Assembly (NCBI GenBank): GCA_964016885.1
Contig: OZ024747.1
Location: forward strand, 38,254,001-38,318,000
Origin: Eledone cirrhosa
Lineage: Eukaryota
Direction: 5' to 3'
Length of the DNA: 64,000 bases
Shown one piece after another: positions 11,361 through 25,651 of this stretch. A model generated the notes under the pieces. It did no database searches. It was not told the DNA's origin and worked only from the letters and a program-made list of their open reading frames with translations. The stretch's first letter is position 1, and every line of letters begins with the position of its first letter. The position numbers were made by a program, and so were the translations under genes.

Positions 11361-14072
11361 AGTTTCCTTTATTGGCCACAAGGCCCTAAATATAGGGGAC
11401 AATACAATAAACGGAGACAGTGGGGGTTTTACATAAAAATCGAGTAAACATTAGGAAAACAATAACAATTACCAAGAAAAAGTACAACAATCAAAATTCC
11501 CCAATAGGGGGGATAATCACCCAGTGTTGATTCAAGTACCGCACCAATCCTGAACCACCCGACGCTTCGAGAGAACCCGGTAAGGGCACCCTTCTCCTCA
11601 AATTCACCAGACTACAGGCACATGGTTATAGTAGGTCCACTCACATACCATTCTCGCCACATTTACCCACCTTTCAGCAATTGTACTGGGAGGCAGACTT
11701 CTCTTTCCACACTCACCTCCCGTTCCAAGTGAAATTTGAAAAGGTTGAGGAGGGATTGGCCAAAGAGAAAGGTGTCTCTCTTCAGTCCTTTCAACCTGGT
11801 CCACCATACAACCTCTTTGGCTACTGCCACCACAGAGGAAAATTGCCTGTCCTTCCTGGCCAAAAGAAGGCGGCGGATCGAGCTTCACTATGGACTCGGC
11901 CGATAGCCGGATCCGTACTACACAAGTCAGTAATGCACGAACTCTGGACGAGTGCGTGCAGATGGTTTTGTCGCTCTGCGCGCATCTCAGGCAGGTCCGT
12001 CTGACAGCACTTCCGTGCCTGTAGAGTTTATCTCGAACCGGCAGTGCCCCCCCCCCCCCCCGGTAGCACTGCCAAGCAAGGGATTTTTGGAGGCTATTCA
12101 TAGTCCACAGCTTGAAAGAGTCCTCCAGAGAGACTGGCTAATTCGACTTCGTCGAGGCCCAAAGCCTCTCCGAGTGCCTCGTCGCACTTGCCCACCACTA
12201 ATCCTCTATAGAACACAAGAGTGGAAGTTCCACTGACCGCATTGCCCGCCTCGTAGAGTGCCTGGCAACATTGAAGATGCCAGTCACCCAGTCGCGGTCT
12301 CTTCTCGACCCAGGACTGCAGGTTAGTCAAAGAGACGTGCTGCGGAAAGGCCCGTCTGACAAACGGTGACCACACCTGTTCACTGTTTAAGCAGAATATC
12401 TGGACATGCCGCAGCCTCAGCGCATATCTGCGCATCATTAGCCGCAACAGGCCCAACGCTTCGCGTAGAGGGTGCTGGCAGAAGGTGAACCGCCTCACTA
12501 ACGGAACCCGTCCTCTCCAGAGGAATTTGAAGAGGAGCCATTGAAACCTGGTGAGGCGCGGACGTGTACAAGGCACGATGGTGAGGTGGAATGAATGACG
12601 GACGCGATGCACGCATTCGTTACCTCCACAGGACCTTTCAGTGATAGCTTCCTTGCATTTCTGGATGTGACTGGCTACCCTGCCCGTTGTCTCGTCCCAA
12701 TTCTTATTCATCTGGTGGTCTGGCCCGAATCAAAAACCCTGAGAAATTTTACCGGTTCGTCCTTTCAGCGCTGAATGATGCTGTTGGACGACATGGACTT
12801 GCCCCTCCAGGTGCCGAGTTGCAAGCCCACCGACTTTTCAGGGTTATGGTTCGCTCCCATCAATCTTTCATATTCCTCCAATAAGTTGCCGACCACCTCG
12901 ATTTCTGAGGTGTCAGACACCATCACGGTGATGTCGTCCTCATAAGCTAACACAAACTTTCCGCGTCCCAGTTCGGTCTGGATGCGCTGCAACAACTCCA
13001 ACTTCTGCAGTAAAGGCTCGAGAGTCAAAACGTACAGAAGGGATAAGAGAGTGCACTCACGACGGACTGATCGGGAGACCTGAAACGGTTCCGAGAGGTG
13101 GCCATTAACATTGACCACCGAGCAGATTCCACAGTGCATTGCAGCGATACAGATTTTGAAGAGGGGGCCGAAGTCAGCTGTCTCCAGGTATCGATGGTCA
13201 GCCCTATCGAATAACTTCGATTGATCTAAATTGATCAGAGCCCCACCGAAGCCAGATTTACACCCTACCCACTCTATAATGTATCGCATGAGGTGGAGGT
13301 TGTCGTGTAAAGATCTGGTCGGGTTGCGCAAGTTTGGGCCTCCCCAACCAAATCTTCGATGACAAGCTGTAACCTCTTCACCAACACCTTGGTCAAAATC
13401 TTAAAATCTGTGTTAAGCAAAGTTATGGGCCTGAAATTGTCTAATGTGCCCCTCTTTTTCTCGTCTTTCCTTATCAGCGTCACCACTCCCCCGCTCACAG
13501 AACTGGGAATCCTCCCGTTCTGCTGCCAGTGGCAGTAGAGCGATTCGAGGCGATCGGGGAACAAGTCTGGCATGTTTGCGTAAAGCTCGTAGGGCAGACC
13601 ATCCACACCAGGTGACTTGCGCCTCATGCAGCCGACAAGGGAATCCTGAATATCGGCTGAAGTCATCGGTCTCTCGCAGCGCCCAGAGTCGGCCGTTGAG
13701 AGTTGCGGCAAGCCATCGAGGTAGGGACTGAAGTTTGCCACTGTCTCTGACCCGCCACTTCCCCCGAACAACCTAGCAAAATGCTGGCGAAAAGCCTCCC
13801 ACATCCACCTGGGATCGCTAAATTCGTGTCCGTCTCTGTCCGTCAAAGACCGAATCGTAGTTTTATTACCACGCTGCGCCTCTGCCAAGCGGGCCCATCG
13901 AACAGCTTTGGTTCCCTCGTTTCTCAGAGCACGCGTCTTAGCTCTGACAATGCAACCTTCGTGTTTCGCATTGAAGAAATGATCTAATGCCATTCTCACC
14001 GCTTGCACGTCAGTTGCGATGCCACTACCAATAGCCTCGTCTAACGTATCTACCAATTCCCCCTCCTTTCAA
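11361..14072 (-). mobile_element. L1/Tx1-like LINE copy B, 5'-truncated; ORF2 pseudogene (RT + C-terminal Cys/His motif)
   Basis: KSPGVDGLP, NFRPITLLNTDFKIL, LINLDQSKLFDR, LAYEDDI, CLRC..TI. Ends in an (ATT)n-type tail. Confidence 0.92.
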
Positions 14073-14145
14073 TAAATGATTCATGAGAGATAAATAAAAA
14101 GACTTACGGGATTGAACAAAACGACGTCCGATCACATCAATAACC

Positions 14146-14147
14146 AA

Positions 14148-14193
<46 letters not shown>

Positions 14194-14265
14194 GCTACTA
14201 CTACTACTGCTATTACTAATACTACTACTACTTCTACTACTACTACTACTACTAATAATAATAAT
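14146..14265. repeat. (TAC)n/(TAA)n microsatellite between LINE copies B and C
   Basis: Direct reading. Confidence 0.95.
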
Positions 14266-14520
14266 GATTTCTTTATTAACCACAAGGGTTTATATAAAGT
14301 AGACATTAAGTAGCGTGCAAGACAATACAGGACGGTACATATGGACATTTCTGCGTGTAAAAAAACAAAAACGGAGAATGTAACAAAAAAAAAATAACAA
14401 TGAAAAATTCACCAATAGGGGGGAGACTTCGGAGGTACATTTGTGGAGAAAGCCCATTAAAAGGACACAGTGATGCTGACCTCCAAGGCAAGTGCCCTCT
14501 CCCAGTTTTCCACCTTTAAT

Positions 14521-17446
14521 TTACAGACACATACTCAGAGTAGGCCCATTCACTCGGGCCATTCTTGCTTCTCTCACCCATCTTTCAACAAAATGCTGGG
14601 AAGAGAGCACTTCCCTCTCTACTCTGATTTTCCTTTTCAAATGAAATTTGAAAAAGTCAATCAGGGCATCACCGAAGAGGTAAGTGCTCGTCTTCAGCCC
14701 TTTCAAACGTGTCCACCATACTATCTCTTTCGCCATGGCCCCCAGACAGATAAAAACTTCCTGCCCGTCCCGGCTAAAGGAAGAGGGCGGGGCAATCCTC
14801 ACGATGGACTCAGCTGATAGCCGGACCCGTCCTACACGCGACAGCAGGTGTTCGACATAAACCCACAAGTCAGCAATTCTCGGACACTGGACGAGTGCGT
14901 GCAGGACGGTTTCGTCTCCCTGCGCGTAACTCGGACATGCGCGGCTGACGGCACCTCCATGCCTGTAGAGTTAATCCTGAACTGGCATGTCTCCTCGGTA
15001 GCACTGCAAGGCCAGGGATTTCTGGAAGTTGTCCATAGGCCCCGGCCCGAAAGTTCTTCCGAAGAGATTGGCTAGTTGATTTTCGTCGACGCCTAGAGTT
15101 TCCTCAAGTACATCGTCGCTCTTCCCCTCCACTAATCCTCTATAGAACGCCGAGGTGGAGTTTCCACCGTTCACATTGCCCGATTGGTCGAGGGCTGCGA
15201 GCGCCTGAAGACATTCCAGTCTCCAAGCACTCTCTCTCGGTCTTCGCTTAACCCAGGACTGCAGCTCCGTCAAGGAAACGAGCTGGAGAAATACGTGTCT
15301 AGCAAACGGCGACCACACCTGATCACCGTCGAGGAAGAGGTGGAGATGTCGTAGCCTGAGCGCGTGTCTGCGCATCAACAGCCACGGTATGCCCAGCCCT
15401 CCACGTAGCGGGTGTTGACAACAGATGTACTTCCTAACCTTCGGAGCGCGTCCCTTCCACATAAAGCGAAAGAGCAAACGCTCTAGCGCAGTCAGGCAGG
15501 GCTTAGGACAAGGTACGACGGTCAGGCGGTAGCAGATGACAGACGTGATGTACGCGTTAGTCACCTCCGCTCGACCATTCAGGGATAGCTTCCTCTCCGC
15601 CCATTTCTGGGTGAGAGAAGCCACCCTGCTCGTCACCTCGTCACAGTTTTTGTCCGTCTGGAGGTCTGGACCGAACCAGACCTCTAGTAATTTAACCGGT
15701 CCGTCCGCCCAGCGCCTGACTACGCTGTTGGACGGCATGGACCTGCTTCTCCAGGTGCCGAGCTGCAGGCCCACTAACTTTTCCTGGTTGATCATTGCTC
15801 CTGTCACCGCTTCGTATTCTCTTAGTGTAGTGCCGAACGCCTCGATGTGTTTGGCGTTCGACACCACTACGGTGACATAGTCTGCATATGCTGACACGCA
15901 TCTTCCGCATCCTAGTTCGCGCATGACCCCCCTCAACGTCTCCAGTTTGTGCAGTAATGGCTCGAGAGTCAATACGTACAAGAGGGACGAAAGGGGACAT
16001 CCTTGGCCGACCGAGCCCATGATGTTGAACGGTTCCGAAAGGTGACCGTTCACTCTCACCACAGAGAAGATGTCGCTGTGCAGGACTGCCGCTAGGTAAC
16101 GATGGTCGACCCTTTCGAAAGCTTTCGACTGATCTAAATTGATCAAGGACCCTCCCGTGCCAGGTTACCTAGCTATCCTTTCTACGATGTATCGCATGAG
16201 GTAGAGGTTGTCGTGGATGGATCTGTCTGGAATGGCGCATGTCTGCGCCTCTCCCACTAGACCATCAACGACAATCGCCAACCGCTTTGCTAGCACCTTG
16301 GCCAAAATCTTGAACTCTGTGTTTTGCAGTGTTATGGGCCTGAAATTATCTGTTATCCACCTTGTTCGGATCCTTTCTCAGCAGCGCCACCGCTCCTCGG
16401 CTCACAGAGTTGGGAATACTTCCGTTCTGTTGCCAGTTTCAGTAGAGGTTCGCCAAGAGGCCTCCGTACAAGTCTGGCATTTGTACATAAAGTTCATAGG
16501 GCAGATCATCCAAACCAGGCGATTTACCCCTTGTGCAGCCAGTCATTGCCTCACGTACTTCAGCGGCTGTTATCGGCTTTTCGCAACACTCCGCCTCAGT
16601 GGCCGAGAGCCGTGGCAGTCCGTCGTGGTAGACACTAATGTTCATCCCTCGATCCGGCCCGCCACTGCCCCCGAACATTGCGCGCTGGTAAGGACGCGTT
16701 TAGCTTCCAGTAGCTGGGTCCTCGTCTATGAAGCCTATCTAAGTCAAGCACACAGATCACGAATTTGTGGGCCGTGTAGCTTACTATCTTGAATTGTGGA
16801 CAGCCTAGGCTAGACCTATCTATTTCCTTACAAAATACTCTATCTAGATATGATCTGGATGACCCTTTTCGATTTGTCCAAGTCCACATTGCCACATTCG
16901 GGAAATCCAATCAGTACCTGTCAGACAGTTCTAACGCCTGAGCAGATTGGTGAGGCTCTTGCACCCTCCTCCCCTATCCGCTAATCCCACACAGTCCCAG
17001 CGTGCATCTAAGATCCCGTTCCAGTCGCCCACTAACAATAAAGAGCGGGACGTTCCTAAAAATGTCTCCAGACGCCGGAAGAAATTAGGCCGCCCTGCTC
17101 CTGTCGGGGCATAGACGGCAACTAGCCTGAAAGCTTGCCCTTCTCCGCTGGTCACGTCCAGCACCACCAACTTACCTTCTGGGTCCAGGAAGATGGCCCG
17201 TATGGCGAGATCCAAACCTCTCCGAAAAAGCAAAGCAACTCCTTCCCCCGATCTCGGACGGCTGGGAGATGCGTACACATCGTAGCTGCCGAAGATCGGT
17301 GCGAAGGCCCGTGCTTTGGAGATTCTGGTCTCGCTGATGGCCACTACATCTATGTTTAGTGACCTGAGGTCGTTGAGCAGTTGGCCCTGCTTTCATGACG
17401 ACCCCAAGCCACGCGCATTTATGCTGCCTATTCTGAGTGAGGTCAT
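14521..17446 (-). pseudogene. LINE ORF2 (APE endonuclease + RT + C-terminal zinc motif), frameshifted
   Basis: SINARGL, AISET, VAVYAP, GDWN, YLDRVF, KSPGLDDLP, LDQSKAFERVDH, QGCPLS, AYADYV. Confidence 0.92.
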
Positions 17447-17480
17447 GTTGAAATGGAGTGGAAAAGATGGGAAAGACCAC

Positions 17481-19609
17481 TTACATTACTTCTCGCAGAG
17501 GAAGGATGGTTTCACCATCCCTTTTCACTTGATCGTCTGGTGAAGGGTCCGTTGAATCGCCCCTTCGGCTGGTCGTCGGCTCCTCTCTGAGTATATCCGA
17601 ATATACCCTCCGGTTGAGTGTCCCTCCTAGGTCTCTGAAATCACCAACTGCGTTGGGGAATTTCGTTTTAATGTTTGTGTATTGTTTCTGTGCTATTTTT
17701 ACCAGTCTTATGTTCGTTGGTGGTGTTTTGATTGGTGCTGGTATTATGTAGTCGTGCTGTGAAATGTCTGTGTGTTCAATTATGTAAGTCATTAATTTCT
17801 TGTTGTGTGTATTTATTGCTGTGCATTTGTTTTTCTGGGGGTGGGGTGAGGTTATGCTATTTTCTTGTCATTATTTCTGGGTGTGTGTGCTTTGTTGTGT
17901 TTGCGATGTTGGTGCTTGTGGTGGTGGTGTTGAAGGTGTTGTTGTTGTTGGCGGTGGTGTTGCTGCCGGTGGTGATGGTGGTGCTAGTGTGGGTGGTGAT
18001 GGTGTTGGTGGTGTTGCTGCTGTAAATCTTTTTGCAGTAGACTTTACCCTTTTTTCGTTTCTTTCCTCCCTTTTCGAAGGCGACGATGCGCTGCTTCTGC
18101 GTTTGTGCCTTCTTGCGACCTTTTGCCATCCCTCTCCCACCTCATACTCCATGTCTAATTCTGTGAGGTCGGGGAGGGGTACCAGCTCCACTATTTCACT
18201 TGTTGTTGTTGGTGATGTTTGCAGTGGAGTCTCTGTTGCAGCTGCAGTTGGTATTGCTGTTGTTGTTGTTAATACTTCCACTGATGCTGCTGTTCTTGAT
18301 TTCTGTGGCGTGGGTATGGGTGCCACGGACCTATCCTTCCTGGTTGCCGCTTGTCCTGTTGCTGGTAGCAGTGGAGCCGGTTTCGGAAGGAGGGGGGTTT
18401 TCTCCTTTCTGCAGAAGGCCCTGAGGTGAGACTTCGATCCACAGCGAAAGCATTTCGGGCGTTTGCCCTCAACACTGATGGGCAGTTGAGTGCCGTCTAT
18501 CACATCCGGGATAGCATCGATGCACTCGTGGTTGGTTTGGATTAAAATCTCAATGGAGGTGCCGACCCAATCTTCTCGTACTTTTTTCTGTACTTGCAGT
18601 ACTGTTGTTTTGTCCTCGATTCCGACGAGGACAGACGCGGCCAGCCAAGAGGGGGCCATCACGGGGTGGGGGGGCGTGGATCAGTTTGACCCTCACAATT
18701 TTTTGTCCGCAGTAGGAGGGCACCAACACCATTTCCTCACTCCTTAGGGTCACTAAGGATTGAGACTTTGCCTCCTGGGGTGTGGCAAAAAGCACGTCCA
18801 CGGTGGCATATTTCTTGCCTCGGGTCATATGCGTTTTCCGCTGCCACACATACTCTAAGTCTTTTTGTATTTGAGCCTCTGTGGCCCTTTCAACCCTACG
18901 GGATTTTGTGCTTACTGTACAGTACGTGACCGTACAGTGCTGTTGGGTTTCGAAACATTTTTCGGCTGCCTTGCAGATTGCTCTGTGTCCGGTTTTCGTC
19001 ACAATCCTCTTTGCTTCCTGTAATTCCTCATTTATGAGAGAGAATGGTTTCCAGGTTTTTTGCGATACCTGCAAACGAGATTGGTTTTTCTTTGTTGTTG
19101 TTGTTGTTGTTGTCGTTGTTAGAGCAGCTGTTACTTTTGTTGTTGCTGCTGGTACTACGACTGCCGCCGCCGCTGTTGCTGTGGTTGTTGTTGTTGTTGC
19201 TGCTGCTGCTGCTGTTGTTGTTGCTGTTGCTGCTAATGCTGTTGTTGTTTATGCTGCTGCTGATACTGTTGCGGCTGCTACTGTTGTTTTCCTTGTCACT
19301 GTTGCTGCTGCTTTTGTTATTACGGCTGCTTCTGCTATTATTCATGATGTCAGACAAATGAAATGGGTTTTCTTATTTACCGCACACCTTTACCGCACAC
19401 CTTTTCCGTCGTCGTCGTTCCACGTTTTGCACGTGATTTTGGACACTATTTTTCTTTACTGGCGTCGCTTGCGAAAGAAAAGGGAGGGAGAGAGACACAT
19501 TTAGAGAAGGGAGAGAAAGAGACAATCTTCTCTCTGGTGTAGTGACGATTGAGGAAGAAGAAGACGGAATGAGTGGGAGTGACTTGTGAAAATTCTTTTT
19601 TGTAGCCAT
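17481..19609 (-). pseudogene. LINE ORF1 with CCHC zinc knuckle and Asn/Ser- and Thr/Pro-rich tracts
   Basis: ISVEGKRPKCFRCGSKSHLRAFC (CX2CX4HX4C). Lies upstream of ORF2. Confidence 0.85.
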
Positions 19610-20124
19610 CTTTTTTTTTGGTTTAAAAGAAATATTAGGCACAGAATCCCAATAAGCGGTTATTTAACCACGAAGGGCCAAATAACGGGCAGAAAGACCC
19701 CTCTCACGAGGAGTAGGGTGTTTTTGTCTACAATTTGGTTAAAGTTTTAAACAATTTACAATTGTTATAGCGGTTAAAATTTACAATACCTTACAGAGCC
19801 GAGCCTCCGTCAACCATGGCATTTCAATAATAATAATAATAATGATTTCATTTATTGGCCAAACGGGCCGACATATAGGGGACAATACAAAAGAATGGGA
19901 CAGTGGTGTTTTACAGAAAAATCGCGTATACAATATGAATCACAATAACAAAGTAACAATAACAAAGTAACAATAAAGTAACAATAAAATTACAACAAGA
20001 AAAAAATTCCCCAATAGGGGGTATGGCCACCTAGAGTTCGCTCAGGTACCTCACCAGTCCTGAACGACGAGACGCTTCGAGAGCACCCTGGAAGGGCACC
20101 CCTCTCCTCATAAAATTTACCTAC

Positions 20125-23100
20125 CTACAGCCGCATGACTAGAGTAGGCCTACTCACACGAGCCATTCTCGCCACACTCACCCACCTTTCAGCATATGTA
20201 CTGGGGGGGGGGGGGGGGGGCAGCACTTCTCTCTCCACCCTCACCTTCCTTTCCAAGTGAAACTTGAAAAAGTTGATGATGGATTGGCTGAAGAGAAAAG
20301 TGTCTGTCTTCAGTCCTTTCAACCTCGTCCACCATACATCCTCTTTCGCTACTGCCACCAGACAGAGGAAAATTGCCTGCCCTACCTGGTCAAAAGAAGG
20401 CGGCGGGTTGATCTTCACTATGGACTCGGCCGATAGCCGGTCCGTTCTACACGCGACAATAGCTGTTCAACATAACTCCACAAGTCAGTAATGCACGGAC
20501 ACTGGACAAGTGCGTGCATAACGGTTTCGTCGCTCTGCGCGCATCTCGGGCAGGTCCGTCTGACAGCACTTCCGTGCCTGTAGAGTTTATCTCGAACCGG
20601 CAGTGCCCCCCGGTAGCACTGCCAAGCGAGGGATTTTTGGAAATTATCCATCGTCCCCGGCTCGAAAGTCCTCCGGTACAGACTGGTTAGTTCGACTTCG
20701 TTGACTCCCAGAGCCTCTCCGAGTGCGTCCTCGCACTTGCCCACATAAAATCCTCTATAGAACTCGAGACTGGAAGTTTCACTGACCGCATTGCCCGCCT
20801 GGTAGAGGGCAGTGAGTGCCTGGGAACATTCCAGATGCCAGTCACCCAGTCCCGGTCTCTTCTTGACCCAGGACTGCAGCTCAGTCAAAGAAATGAGCTG
20901 TGGAAAGGCCCGTCTGACAAACGGCGACCACACCTGTTCACTGTTTAGGCAGAATATCTGGAGATGCTGCAGCCTCAGCGCGTGCCTGCGCATCATTAGC
21001 CACGGCATGCCCCGCCCTCCACGTAGAGGGTGCTGGAAGCAGATGGAGCGCCTCACCGGCGGAACCTGACCCCTCCACAAGATGGCGAGGCGCGAACGGG
21101 GCTAAGGGACGACAGTCAGACGGTAGTAGATGACGGACGCGATTCTTATCCACCTGGAGGTGTGGCCCGAACCAAATCCCTAGCAACTTTACCGGTCCGT
21201 CCGTCCAGCGCCTAACGACGCTGTTGGACGGCATGGACTTGCCTCTCCAGGTGCCGAGTTGCGAGCCCACTAACTTTTCCGGGTTAAGTTTTGCTCCCGT
21301 CAACCTTTCATATTCTTCCAATAAGTTGCCGACCACCTCGATTTCTGAGGTGTCCGACACCATCACGGTGATGTCGTCCGCATAAGCCGACGCAGCCTTT
21401 CCGCGTCCCGGTTCGAGCGGAATACCCTGCAACAGCTCCAGGTTCCACAGTAAAGGCTCGAGAGTCAATACGTACAGAAGGGAGGAGAGAGTGCACACTT
21501 GCCGGACCGATCGGGTGACCTGAAACGGTTCCGAGAGGTGGCCATTAATGTTGACCATTGAGCAGGTGCCGCTGTGCATTGCAGCGATCCAGCTTCTGAA
21601 GACGGGGCCGAAGCCAGCCGCCTTGAGGACAGCCTCCAGGAACCGATGTTCAACCCTATCGAATGCTTTCGATTGATCTAAATTGATCAGAGCCCCACCG
21701 AAGCCAAGTTTACACCCTACCCTCTCTATGATGTACCGCATTAGGAGGAGGTTGTCGTGTATGGACCTGGTTGGGATTGCGCAAATTTGCGCCTCCCCAA
21801 CCAAATCCCCGATGACAAGCGCCAACCTCTTCGCTAACACCCTGGCCAAAATCTTAAACTCTGTGTTGAGCAGAATTATGGGCCTGAAATTGTCCAATGT
21901 GTCCCTCTTGTTCTCGTCTTTCTTTATCAGCGTCACTACGCACCGGCTCACATAACTGGAAATACTCCCCTCTTGCTGCCAGTTGCAGTAGAGGGCTTCG
22001 AGGAGATTGGAGAACAAGTCTGGCATATTTACGTAAAGCTCGTAGAGCAGACCATCCAAACCGGGGGACTTGCGCCTCATGCAGCCGACAAGGGCATCCT
22101 GAATCTCGGCTGAAGTAATTGGCCTTTCGCAGCGCCCAGCGTCAGCCGTCGAGAGTTGCGACAAGCCATCGAGGTAAGGACAGAAGTCCGTCACCATCTC
22201 TGACTTGCCACTTACCCCGAACAACCGAGCAAAATGTTGGCGAAAGGCCTCACACATCCTCTTGGAATCGCTCAGCTAGTGCCCGTCTCGGTCTGTCAAC
22301 GACCGAATCGTGGTTTTATTACCACTCTGCGCCTCTGCCACGCGGGCCCATCGAACAGCTTTAGTTCTCTCGTTTCTCAGAGCACGCGCCTTAGCTCTGA
22401 CAATGCAACCTTCGTGTTTCGCATTGAAGAAATGGTTTAATGCCATTCTCGCCGCTAGCACGTCAGTTGCAATGCCACTACCAATAGCCTCGTCTAACTT
22501 ATCTACCAACTCCCCTTCCTTTCTATTTTTATCTAACGCTACTTCTTTGCGACATTACTCTAATCTCCCTTTTGAGAGCCCCCCACCATCTATTGTTGAC
22601 GACTACCCCTGTCAACTTTTTCTTCACTAAATTGTTGACCTGGTCCCTGTAAGCCCTACGGGCCGGAAATGACATATTTAGCTTCCAGTAACCATATCCT
22701 AACCTACGCGTCTTATCTAGGTCGACCATACAGATCACAAAATTGTGATCTGAATAGGTGACCGTTTCAAAACGTGGACAGCTTACACTATTTCTGTCTA
22801 TTTTCCTAATGAATATCCTGTCTATATACGATGTAGTTGACCCTATGCGGTTAGCCCAGGTCCACACTGGCGCATTAGGGAAATCTAGTCGGTACCTGTC
22901 AGACAATTGGAACTGGCTGATCAGGTTCTTGAGGCTTTTGCACCCCCCGCTCCTATCGGATACTCCCACACAGTCCCAGCGTGCGTCTAAGATGCCGTTC
23001 CAGTCCCCCGCTAACAGTAAAGGGCGAGACGTACCCAGAAAGGCTTCCATGCGTCTAAAGAAGTCCGGCCGTCCTGACCCAGTAGGAGCATAGACGGCCA

Positions 23101-23424
23101 CCAGTCTAAAGGCAACACCTTCGTTATTGTTCACGTCCAGGACCACCAACTTCCCGTCCGGGTCCCGGAAGATCGACCTTACCTCGAGATCCAGGCCTTT
23201 CCTAAACAGCACTGCCACCCCGCCTCCCATTCCCGGCCGGCTAGCAGATGCAAAGATCTGATAGTCGACGAAATGGGGGCTTGTGCGCGCGTGTCGGAAA
23301 TCCTGGTCTCGCTGACTGCAATTACATCCATTTCTATAGACCTGAGGTCGTTGAGAAGGTGACCCTGCTTCCAGGACGATCCCAGGCCTCGAACATTTAA
23401 ACATTCTACTCTTAATACGGCCAT
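20125..23424 (-). pseudogene. LINE ORF2 (APE + RT + CPRC..H..C), frameshifted
   Basis: MAVLRVECLNVRGL, VSET, GDWN, YIDRIF, YSDH, KSPGLDGL, LDQSKAFDRVEH, AYADDI, CPRC..ETVMHALVQC. Confidence 0.93.
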
Positions 23425-23455
23425 GCTGGCAGGTTAAACAGAGAGAGAGGAAGGT

Positions 23456-25304
23456 TTACTTACCTTTCGGGCTCTTGTGAAGGTTGGGTTGTTCGACCTC
23501 CATAGTTAGTAGGGTTTCTTTTGGGAACCCCTTTAAAAGTCTTGAAGTAGGTTTTACGTTCGAGGTTCCCACGTCCCGAGGAAAGCTGTCTCGTATTTCT
23601 TTGAATATGTCGAGCAACATTCGCACCTTGTTGGCCCTGCTGACAAGCACGAAGTTTTGTATGTTTTGTTGGTGTGATTTTATTTGTTTGCGTGGCTGTG
23701 GTGGTGATGGTTTTGTTGGTGTTCTTTCGGTTGTATCTGTGTTTGTTGTGAGTGCGGTGTCTGTGGTTTCAGATGTTTGTGTGTATATTTGTTCATGCGT
23801 CTGTTTCAGTTGTTTGCGTTTGGGGGATTCTGGTGATGGTGATGGTGGTGTTGATGTTGGTGTTATTGGAGAGATGTTTGCGTGGGTGGTGTCTGCGTTT
23901 TCTATTGAGGGTGCTTTTGTGCTTTGTTGAGTTTTTTTTTTCTTTTTGTGTTTCCTTTTTTGTATTTTGGGGGATTTTGGTTTTCCCTCATTTTCACTAC
24001 TGGTAGATGAGGGGTATGTGTCTGTGTCTGTATGTATGTTTATGGTTTTATTGGTGTGTGTATTTTTGTGGGGAGGGGGAATTTGACAGCTTTCCTTGTG
24101 TCCCCACCTGGGTTGTCAATATTGGAGGGGGTCTTTCTATTGGTGTTTTTGTTGGTGGTTTTGCCGGTGCTGTTGTTGGTTGTGGTCCTCGCCCCGGCGT
24201 CGGCAGCAGTGGAGCCTTTCGACCCCTTGCCTCTTTCAGCAGTTGAGGGCAGAAGGCTCGCAAATGGGTTTTTTCCACACAAACAAAACGCTGCGGCCTT
24301 TTGCCTTCGGTCATAATGTGAATGACCGTCCAATTCTGAAGGCGGATGTGGTCCGGGATTGTCTTCACATTCTCGGGCCTGATCTGGAGCAGGATCTCCA
24401 GGTCAACCCCGGACCAGTCCTCTCTGGCCGTTATGGTCACTTCTATAGGGACGGTATCCGTCCCCTCCACAATCACCCATCCCAGACAGAAGCCACCACA
24501 TGTCAAGTCCTAGTTGGATTCTGGGAATGGGGAGACGGGCCGTTCTTTTTCCCTTGTGGGAGGGGTACATTATGATTTGCAAGGAGTCATAGCGTGTTTC
24601 ATAGCGAGGGCTTCTGACTTGAACAACACCGAAATGCTGCCGTACTGTCTGCCCCTCTCTATGTACTGCGTGTCTTCACTGATGCACCTCAGCGCGAATT
24701 CGACATCTTCTTGTGGGATTAAAGCTGCCCTTTAGGTTTGTGCTGAGATGCATCTATAATGCACCGTTCTGCGCTCCACTGCCACAATAGCTTCTACCGG
24801 GACAGTTAAATTGGCCCAGGTTTGCTCTTGCTTAATGAGCTTCCATGCCTGGGCCAACTTTTCATCTTTGTTTGAGAGGTCCATGTTGAAGCATGGCCTC
24901 TTTTTTGCTGCTGCCGCAGCGAAAGTGTTCTTTTCGTTGGGGGTGTTGTTGTCGTTGTCGTTGTTCTTGTTGGTGTTGTTGTTATCACTGTCGCTGTTAT
25001 CATTGTTGTCTTTGTTGCCACCGTTGTTCTCGGTGCAGTTGGTATTGTTGCTGTTGGTGTTGTCGCTATTTTTTTTCATGTCAGTGGTGTTGATATTGTT
25101 GTTGCATTTGTCATTTTTTTTTTTTGTTATCTGTATTTTCCTTGTCGCAGTTACTGTCATTTTTTTCAAAATTAGAGTTCTCATTGGTATCATTGGTGTC
25201 TTCGTTTACATTGTTTGTGGTGGTGTTTGTGTTATCAATTTGTGTTAATTTCGCTGTAGCGCTCCTCTCAACTTCTACGTCGCTGGGGGGCGTGGCTCAG
25301 CCAT
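23456..25304 (-). pseudogene. LINE ORF1, degenerate zinc knuckle
   Basis: TEGKRPQRFVCVEKTHLRAFC, homologous to copy C. Asn-rich N-terminus. Confidence 0.8.
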
Positions 25305-25497
25305 GTTTTTTTTTCTCCGTAAATTGTTTTAACATGTAAAAAAACTTCAATACTTTCCCCTTCACAGGCCAAAGTCTAAGGGCTTATATCCCTTACACAA
25401 CAAGAAATATTTAACAACAAATAATTTTAACAGGCAAATAAAGCGACTTACTGGGAGCGAGCAAAATACGTCCAATAATAATAATAATAATAATAAT

Positions 25498-25632
25498 TGT
25501 TTCTACTTTTGGCACAAGGCCAGCAATTATCTAGTGCATTACTGGTACTTTATTTTATCGACCCCGTAAAGATGAAAGGCAAAGTGAACCTCGGCGGGAT
25601 TTGAACTCAGATCGTAAAGGGACGTAACTATG
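25498..25632 (-). mobile_element. SINE S1 (5'-truncated) in (AAT)n
   Basis: S1 tail and core; B-box gagttcaaatcc on the minus strand. Confidence 0.9.
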
Positions 25633-25651
25633 TAATAATAATAATAATAAT

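Larger units (their letters stand above)
14266..19825 (-). mobile_element. L1/Tx1-like LINE copy C, near full length, degenerate
   Basis: ORF1 and ORF2 remnants, 3' UTR and (ATT)n tail. Confidence 0.93.
19844..25473 (-). mobile_element. L1/Tx1-like LINE copy D, near full length, flanked by (AAT)n
   Basis: ORF1 and ORF2 remnants; (AAT)n at 19826-19843 and 25474-25497. Confidence 0.93.

Noticed and set aside
10558-25339. Plus-strand Val/Leu-rich ORFs resembling membrane proteins
   Set aside because: Antisense shadows of the AAC-rich LINE ORF1 regions.
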